Source: Basidiobolus meristosporus CBS 931.73
Taxonomy: Eukaryota; Fungi; Basidiobolomycota
Reading direction: 5' to 3'
Length of the DNA: 64,000 bases
Assembly: GCA_002104905.1 (NCBI GenBank)
Contig: MCFE01000243.1
Location: 53,349-117,348, forward strand
Every line of letters starts with the position of its first letter. Position 1 is the first letter of the stretch. The position numbers and the translations under genes are program-made. The notes beneath the pieces are model-generated. The model was not told the origin of the DNA. It worked only from the letters and a program-made list of their open reading frames with translations, and did no database searches. This document shows positions 28,801 through 41,631 of this stretch, piece after piece.

Positions 28801-31800
28801 GCAGCGGGAGGATTGCCTCTACTTGGGCTGGCCACGTCAACTTCGTTAATGCTTATGGCCCTACGGAAGCTACGGTTTGCTCAAACTTCACTACTCTTCA
28901 TGCCGGAGACAAGATCAATGTAGGAAAGCCTATTCAAAATATGAAGTGTTACATTTTGGATGACTATCAACGCCTATTACCAATTGGTGCGAAGGGTGAA
29001 TTATACCTTGGAGGTGTCGGTATAGCTCGAGGATATATCGGAAGTGAGGAGCTGAATAGGAAAAGCTTCCTTCATAATCCCTTTGAATATGGAAGGTTGT
29101 ATCGCACTGGCGACAAAGCTAGATGGTTGCCAGATGGTATGTTAGAGATTCTTGGCCGAAGCGACAACCAACTCAAGATTCGCGGATACCGTGTTGAATT
29201 GGATGAAGTCAGATTGGCTTTTGAAAAATGCAACTTATTGCACCAGTCTAGTGTGGTGGTGGTAGAAGATGCGTTAGTTGAAATGAAGTTGGTTGCTTTT
29301 GTTACCCCCAAGGCGGTTGATCTGACTGCGGTGAAGAGCTATCTTGCAAAAGTACTTCCAGCATACATGATCCCTAATCATATCTATTCGTTGGATATGC
29401 TCCCATTGACTACCAACCAGAAGGTGGATGACAATGAGCTCAAGAAGCATGCCATCTCTTTAAGTTTGTTGACAGAAGCCAAGAGATCAAAGATCTATCC
29501 TGTAACTGCCCTAGAGAGGAAAATACTCTGTGCTTTCATGGAAGCTCTTTCCCTTCCCAAGACGATGGACCTATCTATGATGATAACTTCTTTGAGCTAG
29601 GTGGTCACTCACTCAAGGCAGTCCGCCTTCGTAACTTCATTCAGCAAGAGGAAAATATTGCGCTGACTATATCCGACATTTACAAAAACCCGACTCCACT
29701 TGAACTGGTCAATATAATCGCATCCCATGAGGGTAACTCTACCAAGAGACAATTACTACGCATATCCCCTATGGCGGATCCACATCAAAGCAATCTTTTG
29801 TCACTTGCACAGGAGCACCTAGTGGTATTGCATGAGCTGCAGCCTGAAAGCTCGGCTTACAATGTTCCTCTTTGCATCAAGATCAAAAACACACTCAGCA
29901 TCAAATGGCTAATCGAAAGCTTTATGAGACTTGTCAAGCGCCATGCTTCTTTAAGATCCTTCCTCACTCTAAAAAATGGAGAGCCCTATCAGAAGGTTGT
30001 TCCAATTTCGGAATTTATGCTTCCTTTAGAGACAATTAATTTGGAGCAAGATCGACGAGAGGCACAGAGACTGTTAGCAGAATTCATCTCCAGACCCTTT
30101 GATTTGTATTCTGCTCCGCTGTTCCGAGCTTTGCTTCTAAAGCTAGAAGATCAGGAATACCACTTGATTCTTAGCATGCATCACATCATTACCGATGGTT
30201 GGACTTGTAACATTCTACTCAAGGAGCTCTTTGCGTTCTACCAATATTTATCGATCGGAATTGAGCCAGTATTACCTACTCTTGACATATCTTATGCCGA
30301 TTTTGCTCTTCATCAACGTAGGTGGGTAGACGGTGGCGAAGGAGAGCGTCAGATGGCATATTGGAAAGAACTGCTAAGCAATGCCCCCTCGATATCCACT
30401 GTCTCTCCTGATCATTCCAGGCCACAATATCCTAGCTATCGAGGCGGCGCCTGCCCTATTAATATCACAGGCACCATATCTCCACGTCTTAAGAAGTTCT
30501 CTGAATCTTGCAACACAAGCTCATTTGTGGTCCTCTTAGCAGTGTATCAGCTACTTCTCCACCAATACTGTAACTCGGATCGTATTGTTGTGGGAACTGT
30601 TACTTCTGGTCGCAACCATCCGGACATTCAAAATTTGGCAGGCTATTTTGCAAATACCCTGGCGATTCCTTCAACTCTGGTTGGAACACAGTGTTTTAAG
30701 AAGTTTGTTCAGAAGGTCAACGATGTCTTCATGGAAGCAATAGAAAATCAAGATGTCCCATTCCAGCAAGTCGTTCAAGAAATGCTACCTAACCGGGATC
30801 CAAGTATCCACCCGCTATTCCAAACAATGTTCGTTCTTCAAGATGACTCGGCCACTCCTGCTAACACCAATCTCGATATCAGTATCTTACCTATTCATGA
30901 CGAAATTGCCACCTCTGCCAAGTTTGATCTAACTATGGAGCTGGTGGAGTTAGGAAACCAACTTACTGGTACGGTAACCTATAGTAAGGATCTATATGAA
31001 GAGTCTACAGTAATTCGGTTGCTCAAAAATTACGAGTTTCTATTATCCAAACTGCTCGATTCTCCGGATATACCTCTCACTAATATTCAGTGCATCACTC
31101 CCGAAGAGTTATGTCTAGTGACAGACTCATTCAACAACACTCAGTCGGAGATGTCTGATACGGAGTGCCTTGTTCATGAATTATTCGAGCGGTGGGCTAA
31201 GCGTAATCCTGACCAGTTGGCTGTTGAGTTGGGAGAAGACAGAATAAGCTATCGAACACTTGATGAGAAATCATCGTCATTGGCAATTTACTTGCAATCC
31301 CAGCGAATTCAACCTGGAGACACTATCGCTCTCTTCACTGAAAGATCTATAGAGATGATCATTGGCATATTGGGAATTTTGAAGTCGGGCGGTGCCTATG
31401 TGCCCATCGATGCAACACTACCACAGTCTCGTATTAGATACATGATTGAAAATGCGGAGTGTAAGCTTTTGGTGACCAGCGAGAAGCTAAAGCAAAGACT
31501 CCCACTAGAAAATGAGCTGCCAGTAATATTGGTGAATGGTCCTGAGATGTTTGCTATTGGAGAATTGAGCCATCAACCGCGCAGTACAGATCTAGCCTAT
31601 GTCATCTACACATCTGGATCCACAGGACTTCCAAAAGGCGTAATGGTTGAGCATCAAGGAATATGCAATCTTGCTCAGCAAGCTGCCACCCTTTACAATA
31701 TTTGCCCCTTGTCTCGAGTGATGCAGTTCTTCTCTATTGGGTTTGACGGGTGTGCGTGGGAAATCTTCAACACTCTGTGCAATGGCGGTACTCTGGTATT

Positions 31801-33622
31801 ACGAGATGAAAATTTCTTCCACGCTTTATCCCAGGTAGATACGGTATTTACCACTCCCTCAGCCTTACTGAGTGTCCAACCAGAGGACTATCCAAATCTG
31901 GTATGCGTCGTTGTAGGCGGAGAGCCGTGCCCCCCTAGCCTTAGTACTACTTGGTCCATGGCAACCCGCTTTTGTAATGCTTATGGTCCAACCGAGGTTA
32001 CTGTGTGCTCAAATGTGGCTATTCTTCAAGCTGGTGAGCGTATCAATGTAGGAAGCCCACTCCATAACGTACAATGCTATATCTTAAATCACTCCCTAAC
32101 TCCTCTTCCCATTGGCGCTATTGGGGAACTCTACATTGGCGGCGTGGGAGTTGCTCGAGGATACATCAATAACCAAGCACTGACCCAATCAAACTTCATC
32201 CCTAACCCGTTCAACTACGGAAGATTATACAAAACTGGTGACCTTGCCAGATGGATGGACAACGGAAAAGTAGAGGTACTTGGTCGCAGCGACAGACAAG
32301 TGAAGCTACGTGGCTTCCGTATCGAGCTGGATGAAATCGAATTCGCGCTTTCAGCATTACCTATGGTTCAAAATTCTGCAGTAATACTCCATGAACAGAA
32401 ACTCCATGCATTCCTGACACCAAGCACCCTGAACACAGATCGTATCAAGATGATGTTACAGAAATGTCTCCCGCTATACATGGTTCCCTCTGTAATTGAT
32501 CTCATGGATTGCTTGCCACAGACTAGCAATGGAAAAGTCCACTATGCTGCATTACGTCCTACAGGTCTGCAAAAGCCAACACCAGTCAAGTCCACTAGCC
32601 TCAAATTGCCCTATTCTATCCATGGGAAACTTGTTCAACTTTGGAGTGAGACTTTGGGTATATCCAAGGATGATATTGACATCAAGGATAACTTTTTCGA
32701 GCTTGGCGGAAATTCCATAGCAGCTATGCGCATGCACCACTTGTCTAAATCAATCATCACTGACTTGGTGTTTGATGTTCCTACATTATACAGGTATCCA
32801 ACCATCTACGAGCTTGGTAACCACCTGATGAGCTCTCTACAGGACTTCTCTATAGATTTCTTGAATCAGAATGATCAGCCCATGCTAGCTTTAAATGGCG
32901 CTGCCCAGGATCTCTGCCGCAAAATTACACACACTTTACCTCCGGTCTTTTTGATACACGGTAGTGATGGTGGTAGCTCCTCATTCATACCTTTATCTGC
33001 TGCATTCCAGAATAGCTGTCCATTATTTGCATTCCAATATGTAAAAGGTGTAACTCCTGTAGATTCGGTGATTCAATACGCAACATTTTGTGTTGATCGG
33101 ATCCAGTCTGTGCAGCCTTATGGCCCATATACCATTGTGGGTTACTCCTCCGGGACTATGATTGCTTATGAGATCGCTAAGCAGCTCCAGACCGCGTGTG
33201 AACAAGTCAAAAAGCTGATATTTATTGACAGTAGTCCGTCATTGACACTCTCGTCATATCGCGATATCACTGCCTTTGATTCACAAAGCCTAGAGCAGAG
33301 TATCGAAGCAATGAACATATTTAACCATGAGCAATACGAGTACTTCCGAGCCTCCAAACTCATGTATTCATCATATCAATTGCTGCGCCGCTCAACCTAT
33401 GTTGGTCATGTCGTTCTTGTCAAAGCAGAGTCGTTGGTAGAAAACAGAGAAGGGAACCCAGTGTTGAGTGCATTGCACTATAGAAGTACTAAGAGCAGAA
33501 CAAGTGACCTGGGATTATCTTCATACTGCGCTGACCCAGTTGAAATTCTAACTGTTCCTGGTAATCACAATACTTTACTGCAAGAATCTAGGGATCAAAT
33601 AGCGGAAATTATTCTATCATAA
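10887..33622 (+). CDS. Hexamodular NRPS: leader-A1-T-E-C-A2-T-E-C-A3-T-C-A4-T-E-C-A5-T-C-A6-T-TE, with a 1-nt frameshift at about 29578
   Basis: Six A domains (YxxxTSGxTGxPKG, YxTGD, terminal Lys motif); T motifs GGDS, GGDS, GGCS, GGDS, GGHS, GGNS; three E domains (HHLVVDLVSW, EGHGRE, GWFT); five C domains (HHxxxDG); TE with GYSSG and GNH. The ORF at 29771 is in frame with DDNFFELGGHSL starting at 29579. Confidence 0.95.
17745..18223 (+). repeat. 479-bp segment of E domain (module 2), near-identical to 25341-25819
   Basis: Direct comparison by eye; only one difference noticed (AGG vs AGT, R/S). Confidence 0.9.
25341..25819 (+). repeat. 479-bp segment of E domain (module 4), near-identical to 17745-18223
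   Basis: Direct comparison by eye. Confidence 0.9.
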
Positions 33623-34189
33623 ACTGAAGTTTGTCACACGTAAATAAATGGATTCGCCATCAATCAATAATGCCATATTCGAACCAACGCACTGACGTGT
33701 TTGTAATCTACAAATTAGAGTAGTCGATGAATCAAGAGAAATCCCAGATTAATGTCAATTAGGAAGCCAAATTGTAACAACAATTCTCTCAAGAAGCCGA
33801 ATCATAACAACAATTCTCCCAATCCATCAATTCGACCCATCGTGATGCATGCTGTCCATGCACGGATATCCAACTGCTCAGTACATAGGTTGTTGGTGTG
33901 AGATACCTGAGATTCACAAAGATATGATTGCTGCAACAAGCAAAGAGGAAGGAAAGCTGCATGACTGGATGGGGGATTCCCTCAGAAAGTTGCCATACCT
34001 CTATTGCTTTCTCAATGCCATTCAAGTAACCATTTATTTATTCGTGACACTAACTTCATGCTAGTCAAGCAACAGGTATCATATATCGCATAAAATTAGT
34101 TTCAGTCATCCATTGGTCGATTGTACGTAGCCATGTAACAGAGCCTGCTTAAATAATGCGGAGGAAAAGGGCTTGATGGCTAAAATTAG

Positions 34190-34410
34190 GTGGTGACGGC
34201 AATGGAAATAGCGGTAGCAGTGGTGATAATGGGAATGGTAGTTGTGGTAGTAGTGCTTTTGATACTGGTAACAGTAGCAGCGGTAGTGATGGTGGGAGCG
34301 GAGGGGTTAGCAATGGTGGTAATAACGGAAACGGGGCTGGAAGCTGTGATTTTGAAGGTAATGACAATGGCGGTGTCAATCAGAGCGGAGACAGCAGGGA
34401 TGATTGTGTT
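34190..34410 (+). repeat. Low-complexity GGT/AAT/AGT-rich stretch (Gly/Asn/Ser-rich reading), likely a decayed gene
   Basis: One frame reads GGDGNGNSGSSGDNGNG...; no convincing complete gene. Confidence 0.35.
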
Positions 34411-36297
34411 ATATTGAGAGCCAGGGCCATTGTGGAATCATGCCATAAAAGCAATAGATGGCTTCCGTTATTCTCAATGTTTGCACACTGCCTAAACTTT
34501 GGATATGTGATAAGCACCATTGGCTACATTGCTATCCTCAATGGCCTTTTGGCTGAAGGGGCTTATCCAGACGCCACCTCCCTAGAGAACCATGCGGGAT
34601 TACAAACAGGAAAGCCATCATATGGATTCTTCATCTGTGTGGTGTTGTTCTCTTGCACAATTGGCGTGGAAGCAAGTGCGCGGATGTGGTCAAGAGTAAT
34701 CCTAATGGTCTTATCTATGGTGGAAGTAGTAAGCAAGAAAAATATATTTCAACATGCTTCGGACAGTAGACAGGTCAGGCAAGATAAAATGATCAGCAGT
34801 GACACTCTCCAAGTAGTGAAATTCAGAGAACTATAGTTGGCAAACTACATACTGGTATAAAAAGTCTGACAAACAGGCTCCTTAAGATAAAAGCACGCTA
34901 AAAGTGTGAGAGTGTGTTGTGCTTTACACCACAACTGGCCATACCCATTGACTCCAAACACTGCTAACTAATCAATCATAATGATAGCATTGAGGCTATT
35001 GATGATGTCTTGTGGCTCCTTTGCTAGAGTCATCTCTATAAAATTAAAAAGCTGTCCTTGGAGAACCCCAGCAATTCCATCAATGGATCGAGCACAACAC
35101 CGCCTCCAGCACTCCAGTATTTCTTGAAGAGTAGCTAGAACGCTCACAGGACTGCTTCTGATGGTCGCATTTGCGCATCATAACTTTTACATTGGTGTGG
35201 ATTTCCGCTTCACTGGCAAGGTATCTTCAAATTTTCTCATCCTAAAAACCAAGCAACAACTTGACGAGGTCTACTCAATTACAACTTGACAGGGTTTATT
35301 CAACCGCAACTTGACGAGCCCTACTCACTGCTGTGTTCAAAAGCTATATAACCACAGTACAAGGCCTCAGCAATCAAGGCCCCTAAGAAGCCAGTCAGAA
35401 CTCATGTTAAACGTGGCTTTACCCTTGAGGTGGAAGTCTATTAACTCATACTCTCCAGGGTCTAGCGAAGATTCACAGTCGGTGCTTTGATTGGCTGCCA
35501 GATGGTATCATGCTTCCTGACTCTGTAAAAGTATGGTCATTACCGATTTTGTACGCAAGCATGTCAAGGATATTTGCCCACAACCCTTGAGTACGACCTA
35601 GCTTGCGGTATTTTCATTAGAAGGATCAGTGGATGATCTCATATGACTACTGAATGCCCTGAATCACTGTGCTTCTTATGATCTCAGTAAGACAGAAAAC
35701 CCTTTGTATGAGTTACTGGCACCCAACAGTGTACTATTTACTCCGCGGCGGTAACTCCTACATTGTTGATAAAGCTGGATATAGCAGATTCCCCAAAGCT
35801 GCAAGGTCTCTTAAGTGCCCTTGCGTGTGATTTCTGAGTAAAATATTGCATGTATGGACCTATGTTTATGGATAAGCATTTATCAACACTTGCCTAGTTC
35901 ATAAATCTTATGGTGAGAACCTAGCACTCGCAATCTCTAACAATATTATCACCACTCTTGCAATAGTGCCCGGGGCCTTTTAGAGCATTTTCCAGACCGG
36001 TGGATTCTATTAGGTTACACTTCCCCATGTGGTAATACGACAACAATTATAGCATTGCCATGAGTTTAATCCAGGGCAATAGTGGTAGTCATGCTAGTGT
36101 GGCACCAGCCTTTAGCCATACATGGTAGTGTCAGCTCTAAGACTGCATTTGCAACAAAGCATGCTCCTATCGCAGAATGAAATAGATGTTTGACAATGGT
36201 ACCCACATATATGATGCTCTAATGTATAGTCCCGGAGCTTCTTTCCCAGGTTCTTAATTTTTTCTTTGTGTACAGTCATCATATATGGTACTGACAA

Positions 36298-36839
36298 TGT
36301 TGGAGATGTTATTTACCTTAATTACAATGTTTTTTAACAGTTGATACCCTGGCTTTAAACTGTAAAGGCAGAGATTTTTGGGAATGCAGTCCCCATATAG
36401 CTCCCCTACTCTTTAAAGTCCCTTTAAGTTATCTTACCTTCATTCTTGACTTGGGTCCCCAAGGGTTACAATTTCTCCTTCTAACTCTAAGCACTCAAAT
36501 TATAAAGTGTTGTAAGAGTCTTGGAGATTTTGGAAGTGATTTGGAAGTACAAGTAGAATATGGGGTTTCACTTAATGATTTATTGAATGTAAAAGTTGTA
36601 TTTATACTTTTACATGGTCTTGGCACAACAAACCCATACAATAGGTTAAGGAAGGTCCCAACAACATGTGTGCAAAGTTTGGGGCTGTTTGGACAACTTA
36701 TCTAATTTTAATGTTCTAGGTAAATATTCTAAGTAAATCCTGACATGGAATTCAGTCAGTATTCTCTAGGATATGAAGGTAATGATCTAAGTGACTGAGT
36801 TAGGTAAGTATTTAGGTGGAGTTACAAATCTTTACAACA
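36298..36839 (-). mobile_element. 3' LTR of a Ty1/Copia element
   Basis: TGTTG...CAACA termini; adjacent polypurine tract (GAGTGGGAG on the minus strand, 36840-36848). Confidence 0.75.
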
Positions 36840-38522
36840 CTCCCACTCAGATAAATGTTCATACTGACAAATCCTAATTTTGACCTAAGATATTCAAACT
36901 TGACACTAGCTAGTAGTTTAGTAAATATGTCTGCAATCATTTCATCTGAAGGACGGTAAGCTAATCCAACTAATTTATTCTCTATAAATTCATATATGAA
37001 ACAATGTCTAATATCTATGTGCTTAGTTCCATCATGAAAAGCTGGATTTCTTTTTCATTGTATATATCCTTGATTATCTTGAAATATAGTAATAGGTGCT
37101 TTTTACATAGGCCTAAATCTGTAAAAAGCTTCCTTAACCACATTGCTTCTTCTGTAGCTTCACAGACTGCCATATACTCCGCCTCTGTGGTGGAAAGTGC
37201 TACAGATGGTTGCTTTCTTGAATTCCATGAAATTACTCCTTTGCAGGAAAGAAAGGTGTATGCTCTGGTGGATCTTCTATCATGCAAATTTTGTTCCCAA
37301 TCAGCATCAGAGTATCCCACTTGATCCTGTTCTGAACTCTTTTAAGTGTATCTTGTGCAGATACTAGCAGATCCTTTCAGGTATCTAAAGATCCACTTAA
37401 CCACTGCAATATGATCAGATTCATAGTTTGGATTATGCGGGCTGACAACTCCCACCAAATATGAGGTATCTGGACGTGTTTCAGGCCTAATATACATCAG
37501 ACTACCAACCATAGATTGATAAGGAAAGTCAGGGCTTATAGATGGCACCAAGCTCTCTTTATTTGGTTGAGTTTTGACCAAGTTAGGGTTTGACTCCATT
37601 GGGGTAGCTGCCAGTTTACAGTCTTCCATTTGGTACTTCTTTAGTACATCCTGAATATACTTGGATTGGATTAGGGTGATAGTCTGGGTACTTCTGTCTA
37701 TGGAGAATGTAATCCCTAAGTAGCAATTGAGTTCTCCTAGATTGGACATCTTGAACCCCTCAAATAGGCTGGATTTACTCTCTTCTAACATTGGTAGGTT
37801 ATTAGCAGCTATAATAAAATCATCCACATATAGAGTCAATAGAGCTGGATTTGCCCTATCTGGTTGATAGTATATACTATAGTCAGCATTACTTCTTTTG
37901 AAACTCAAAGATTTGTGATAAAAATCTATCTAGCAATTTCAGGCTCTCAGTGATTGTATAAGACCATATAGAGATTTTTTAAGCTTGCAGACCAAACAGG
38001 GGTTATCTTGGTAAACACACCCATCAGGCTGGTCCATGTACATGTCCTCATCAAGTTCTCCATTCAAAAATGCAGTTTTATATCCATTGATGTATAAAAG
38101 TTTATGCTTGGCTACAATAGCCAATATCAATCTGATGGAATTAAACTTGGTTACTGGTGCAAAGGTCTCAGTATAGTCAAGCCTGTTTGTTTAAGAGTAT
38201 CCTTTGGCCACAAGTCTTGCTTTGTATCTTTCAATGGTACCATCAGCCTTGTATTTAGTCTTAAATCCCAGCTGCATCCAACTGATTTTTAGTTGATTGG
38301 TAATTTGACTAACTCCCAAGCTTGATTTTCAATCAGAGCCTGATATTCCTCTGTCATTGCAGATCTCCAAAACTTTGTCTGAGGGCTATTTATGGCCTCT
38401 TTTAGAGTCTGGGGTTCATCAATATGGACTTAATAGGCATAGGCTAAGTTGGTACCCTCATTGATATAGTAATTTGGGCTGTTTCTTGTCCAGTTGGATC
38501 TCTGAGCATTTGATACTGAAAT
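36840..38522 (-). mobile_element. Degenerate Ty1/Copia RT-RNaseH remnant, 5' half lost
   Basis: KTAFLNGELDEDMYMDQPDG, LKKSLYGL, LYVDDFII, GYSDADW, LSTTEAEY; internal stops; ends abruptly at TTAGGGTTAGGG. Confidence 0.9.
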
Positions 38523-38534
38523 TTAGGGTTAGGG
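38523..38534 (+). repeat. Interstitial telomeric tract (TTAGGG)2, innermost one seen
   Basis: tttagggttagggg at the Copia break. Confidence 0.8.
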
Positions 38535-39328
38535 GTCTATATTCTTTTATTGAATCTGATCAAGTATATTAATACCATTTCAACTTGATTCAAGTTAAAT
38601 AGTGCAAATTGTAAAAAGAAAATATATCTATGGTTATGTGAAGGTAAAAGATTTATCAAGTTGAGTTGAGTTCTGAAAAGAAATTTGTCAACAAATTAGG
38701 CTAGAAATGAAGTAAAGCTGGGAGTTATTTGAATGCAAAGAACCAAGTGAAAGTGTAGAGATATACTACCACTTCCTGGAAGGCAGGGATCTCACAGGAA
38801 GGCAGAAGCTCAGATCTAATTGCAGATATGATAGTGGAAAGTCTCTGTATGAGCTCCCTTTGTTTGTGAAATTGGAACAAAGAATAGGTATCTTTGAATC
38901 CAAAGCAGCTCTCTACATAAGAGAAGTAAAAATACCTGCTACAGTGGGGGCACTTGGAACCCAAGCAAAGTGTGCTCATTCTCCACCTTATGGCCAGGAA
39001 GGTAAAGAAGGAACTCCTGATGTAAAGGGATATGTCTGCTCCACTATGGGAATGTCTACTCTCATGAGAAATAAGCACAACTCTGTCTTTTGAGCTAGTA
39101 ACTCTGGAGATACTCTCCAGCTTCCTTTTATGCATTGCTATAGAGAGAGGAATATGCTCTCTAGGTGGCTTGGCACTGTTAGAGGCCAGATAATCTCTAT
39201 AACCATCAGGAAAGTGTATCTTCTTTCTCACCAATGACTTTCAGGTAGCTTGGACCAAGTTGTTAGTAATCTTATTGACTAATATCTTCAAAGGATTATT
39301 GGGTGATGATTTTGCATAGTGCTGCCTG
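38535..39328 (-). mobile_element. LINE family B, 5'-truncated 3' fragment (subfamily B2)
   Basis: AIRWRMSTLCLGSKCP and following residues match the C-terminus of 43391-45634; AATAAA near the 3' end, next to the telomeric tract. Confidence 0.85.
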
Positions 39329-41617
39329 TTAGGGGGGAGACAGTCACCAACAGGTGAAATCTTTATTTCAGTTGAAACAAAGAAGCCAGCGCTACTGTTC
39401 TAGCTTTGATACAAGAGTGTGTAGCTGAGGGGAATTTGTAGGTAAGTTAATAAGAAGTGATGATAGTTCTTCAGTGCTCAAGACACTGTTCAGTGGGAAG
39501 GGGGGTAGCAAGAGAGGTAAGAATGACTTGTGAACAACATTAATGAGGGGAATGTGATAAGGGTTGATATTCATCATAAAGGGAGTGTGCTGCTGCAGAT
39601 ATTGCTGCCAAAGGTCTGTCAAGTACTTCAGGTAGGCCAGCTTGGGTTTTTCTGACTGCAGAATAAATTCAGCAAACTTCTTGACTGCAGGATCTCCAAG
39701 TATAGTTCTCCAGCAGGAGCCAGGTGTTGTGTGGTGTGTTCTCTTCCAGGCCTTAATCAGTGGGTTGCTGCAGTTGTGAAGTCTGAGGTATAATCTGGTT
39801 CTAAGGTAGAGAAGTCTGATCTTGTAGGGCATAAACCCAAAAGCACCAAGAATAGCATGTCTGTAGGGGCATTCAGGCAAATGAGGCACCAAGGAGGTAA
39901 TGCACCATACTGCAAACTTGTCAAGCTTAGTGCAGTCTCTAGAAGTAAGAGAGAGAAGTGGTAAGCCAAATTCCAGGACAGGGAAGACAAACTGCTTGAG
40001 TAGAAGGAGGCAGCTGGGCGCTGAAGTTGTAGGAGGAGTAACAGCCAGTAGCTTGTGGAGTGCCTGTCTTGCCAGGATAATTCTCTTCTTCAGGGGTGCT
40101 CCAGAGTCTAGTCCAGTAGGAAGGAAAGGAAAGCCAAGATATGTAGCAGAAACCTGAGCAGGTAGAGTGGAGTTCTCCAAGTTGATGGGAGAGCCCAAAG
40201 GTACTGTCTTTGCAATGGAAAGCTGGAGATTATTCTTCTGCAGATACTGGTGGATGGTCTGGGAGTCTTGTTGCACATTGGAGGAGGATATTCTGATGTC
40301 ATCAGCAAAGAGAGTAACCAGGCAGTCAGCTGAGAGTCTTGGGAAATCATTCAGGAAGATGGCAAACAGTATAGGACCAAGCACAGAGCCTTGAACCACT
40401 CCATTAGGAACTGAGAACACAGCTGATTGCTCACTTGGGTGCAGAATTCTTGCTTGTGGATCCAGAAACAGAGACCTGACAAGGAGCGTGAGAGAGGTAC
40501 TGGAGAAGCATTGCAACTTGGACCAAAGCAGATTTCTGTCAACTGAATCAAAGGCCTTAGTAATATCAAACAGAACTGAGGGATACTTGCACTGGAGAGA
40601 GTGATCTTGGCTAAGTATGACTGCATATTCCAAGGAGAGGCCAGGAACAAAGCCAAACTGTGCAGGATGAAACTTGAGTGAGTCAGAGTAGAGCTCCTGA
40701 GCAAGCAGAAGCTCAAACACCTTCCTGCAGGTGGGCAGCAGAGATATTGGCCTGTAGGAGCTAGGATCCAGGTGCTTTCCTTTACCCTTGTACAGTGGCA
40801 GAACATTTGCAAAGGACCATTCCTCAGGAGTAGAAAGCTGGGCTGAGCATTGTTGAAACAGTGGAAGCAGTAGTGCAGACATGGCCTTGGTACTAGTCTT
40901 CAGAAGCTCATAAGAGATTGTGTCCACACCTGGAGCAGTAGAGTTGGGAAGCCTCTTGAGCACATTATGGATTCTCCTTTGATCAAGTGCAAGTGGGATG
41001 GGCAGAGTCTTGAAGTCAGGATGAAAGCCAGGAGTTGAGTACTGCTTTGTAGAGAAGAAGATGTTAGCCAGCTGTTCTGTTGAAGGTAACTTCCTGGAAG
41101 AGGGCCTCATTGCCCTATAGAGTCTTGATACTGTTCTTGTTATAGAGTTGGAAGATTGCAGAGGCAAAGAACTCATAATATGATCCCAGAGCTGAGTATG
41201 CAGAGTGTGGTGAATTGCCTTGGAGTGATGTATTGCTGTCAGGAGGAGTATCTCTGTTTTTGGGTTAGGGAAACTCAGGTAGCTTTGTTCCAGGGCTGAA
41301 ACAATGGATTCCCATTTTCTTGAGGTAACAGCAGTAGTCTTGCATGGCAGTGAGAGGGAGGCAGACACCAGAATCAGATGCTTCACAAAGAGCCAGGCAT
41401 AGTTGAGATCATCTGGCAGAGAAAGTAGCAAACTGGCAAGCTTCAAGTAGTTCCCAAAGTCTTTCTTCTGATTCTTGGTAGCTTTGTGGGTGAGCACAGT
41501 AAGTTTTGGCAGCTTCTTCTTCACAACTGGTTGCATAGAAAGGGACCAGGCTGGGTGGTCAGAGGCTCTCAAGGATCCTAGCTCAGCTCCAGAGAATTGC
41601 TTAACTTCATCCACAAA
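39329..41617 (-). mobile_element. LINE family A copy 1 (5'-truncated; end of APE plus RT, 740-aa open frame 39392-41614)
   Basis: RT motifs PGVDTIS, YRPISLL, QFGF, DITKAFDSV, GVVQGSVLGP, LFADD, YLG; SDH end of APE; flanked by TTAGGG tracts. Confidence 0.93.
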
Positions 41618-41631
41618 GGGTTAGGTTAGGG

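Noticed and set aside
11282-29311. Many short antisense or alternate-frame ORFs over the NRPS, formin and LINEs
   Set aside because: Shadows of long coding frames; the repeated ones simply track repeated DNA
29520-29600. Intron rescuing the NRPS frameshift
   Set aside because: No GT..AG pair of plausible length that preserves the T domain
33700-36297. Decayed kinase or transposase between the NRPS and Copia
   Set aside because: Only short stop-riddled frames; no motif set I can identify with confidence
39392-41614. Family A as a Penelope-like (Athena/Coprina) telomeric element
   Set aside because: RT motifs are LINE-type, and the full-length copy has ORF1 and APE motifs upstream
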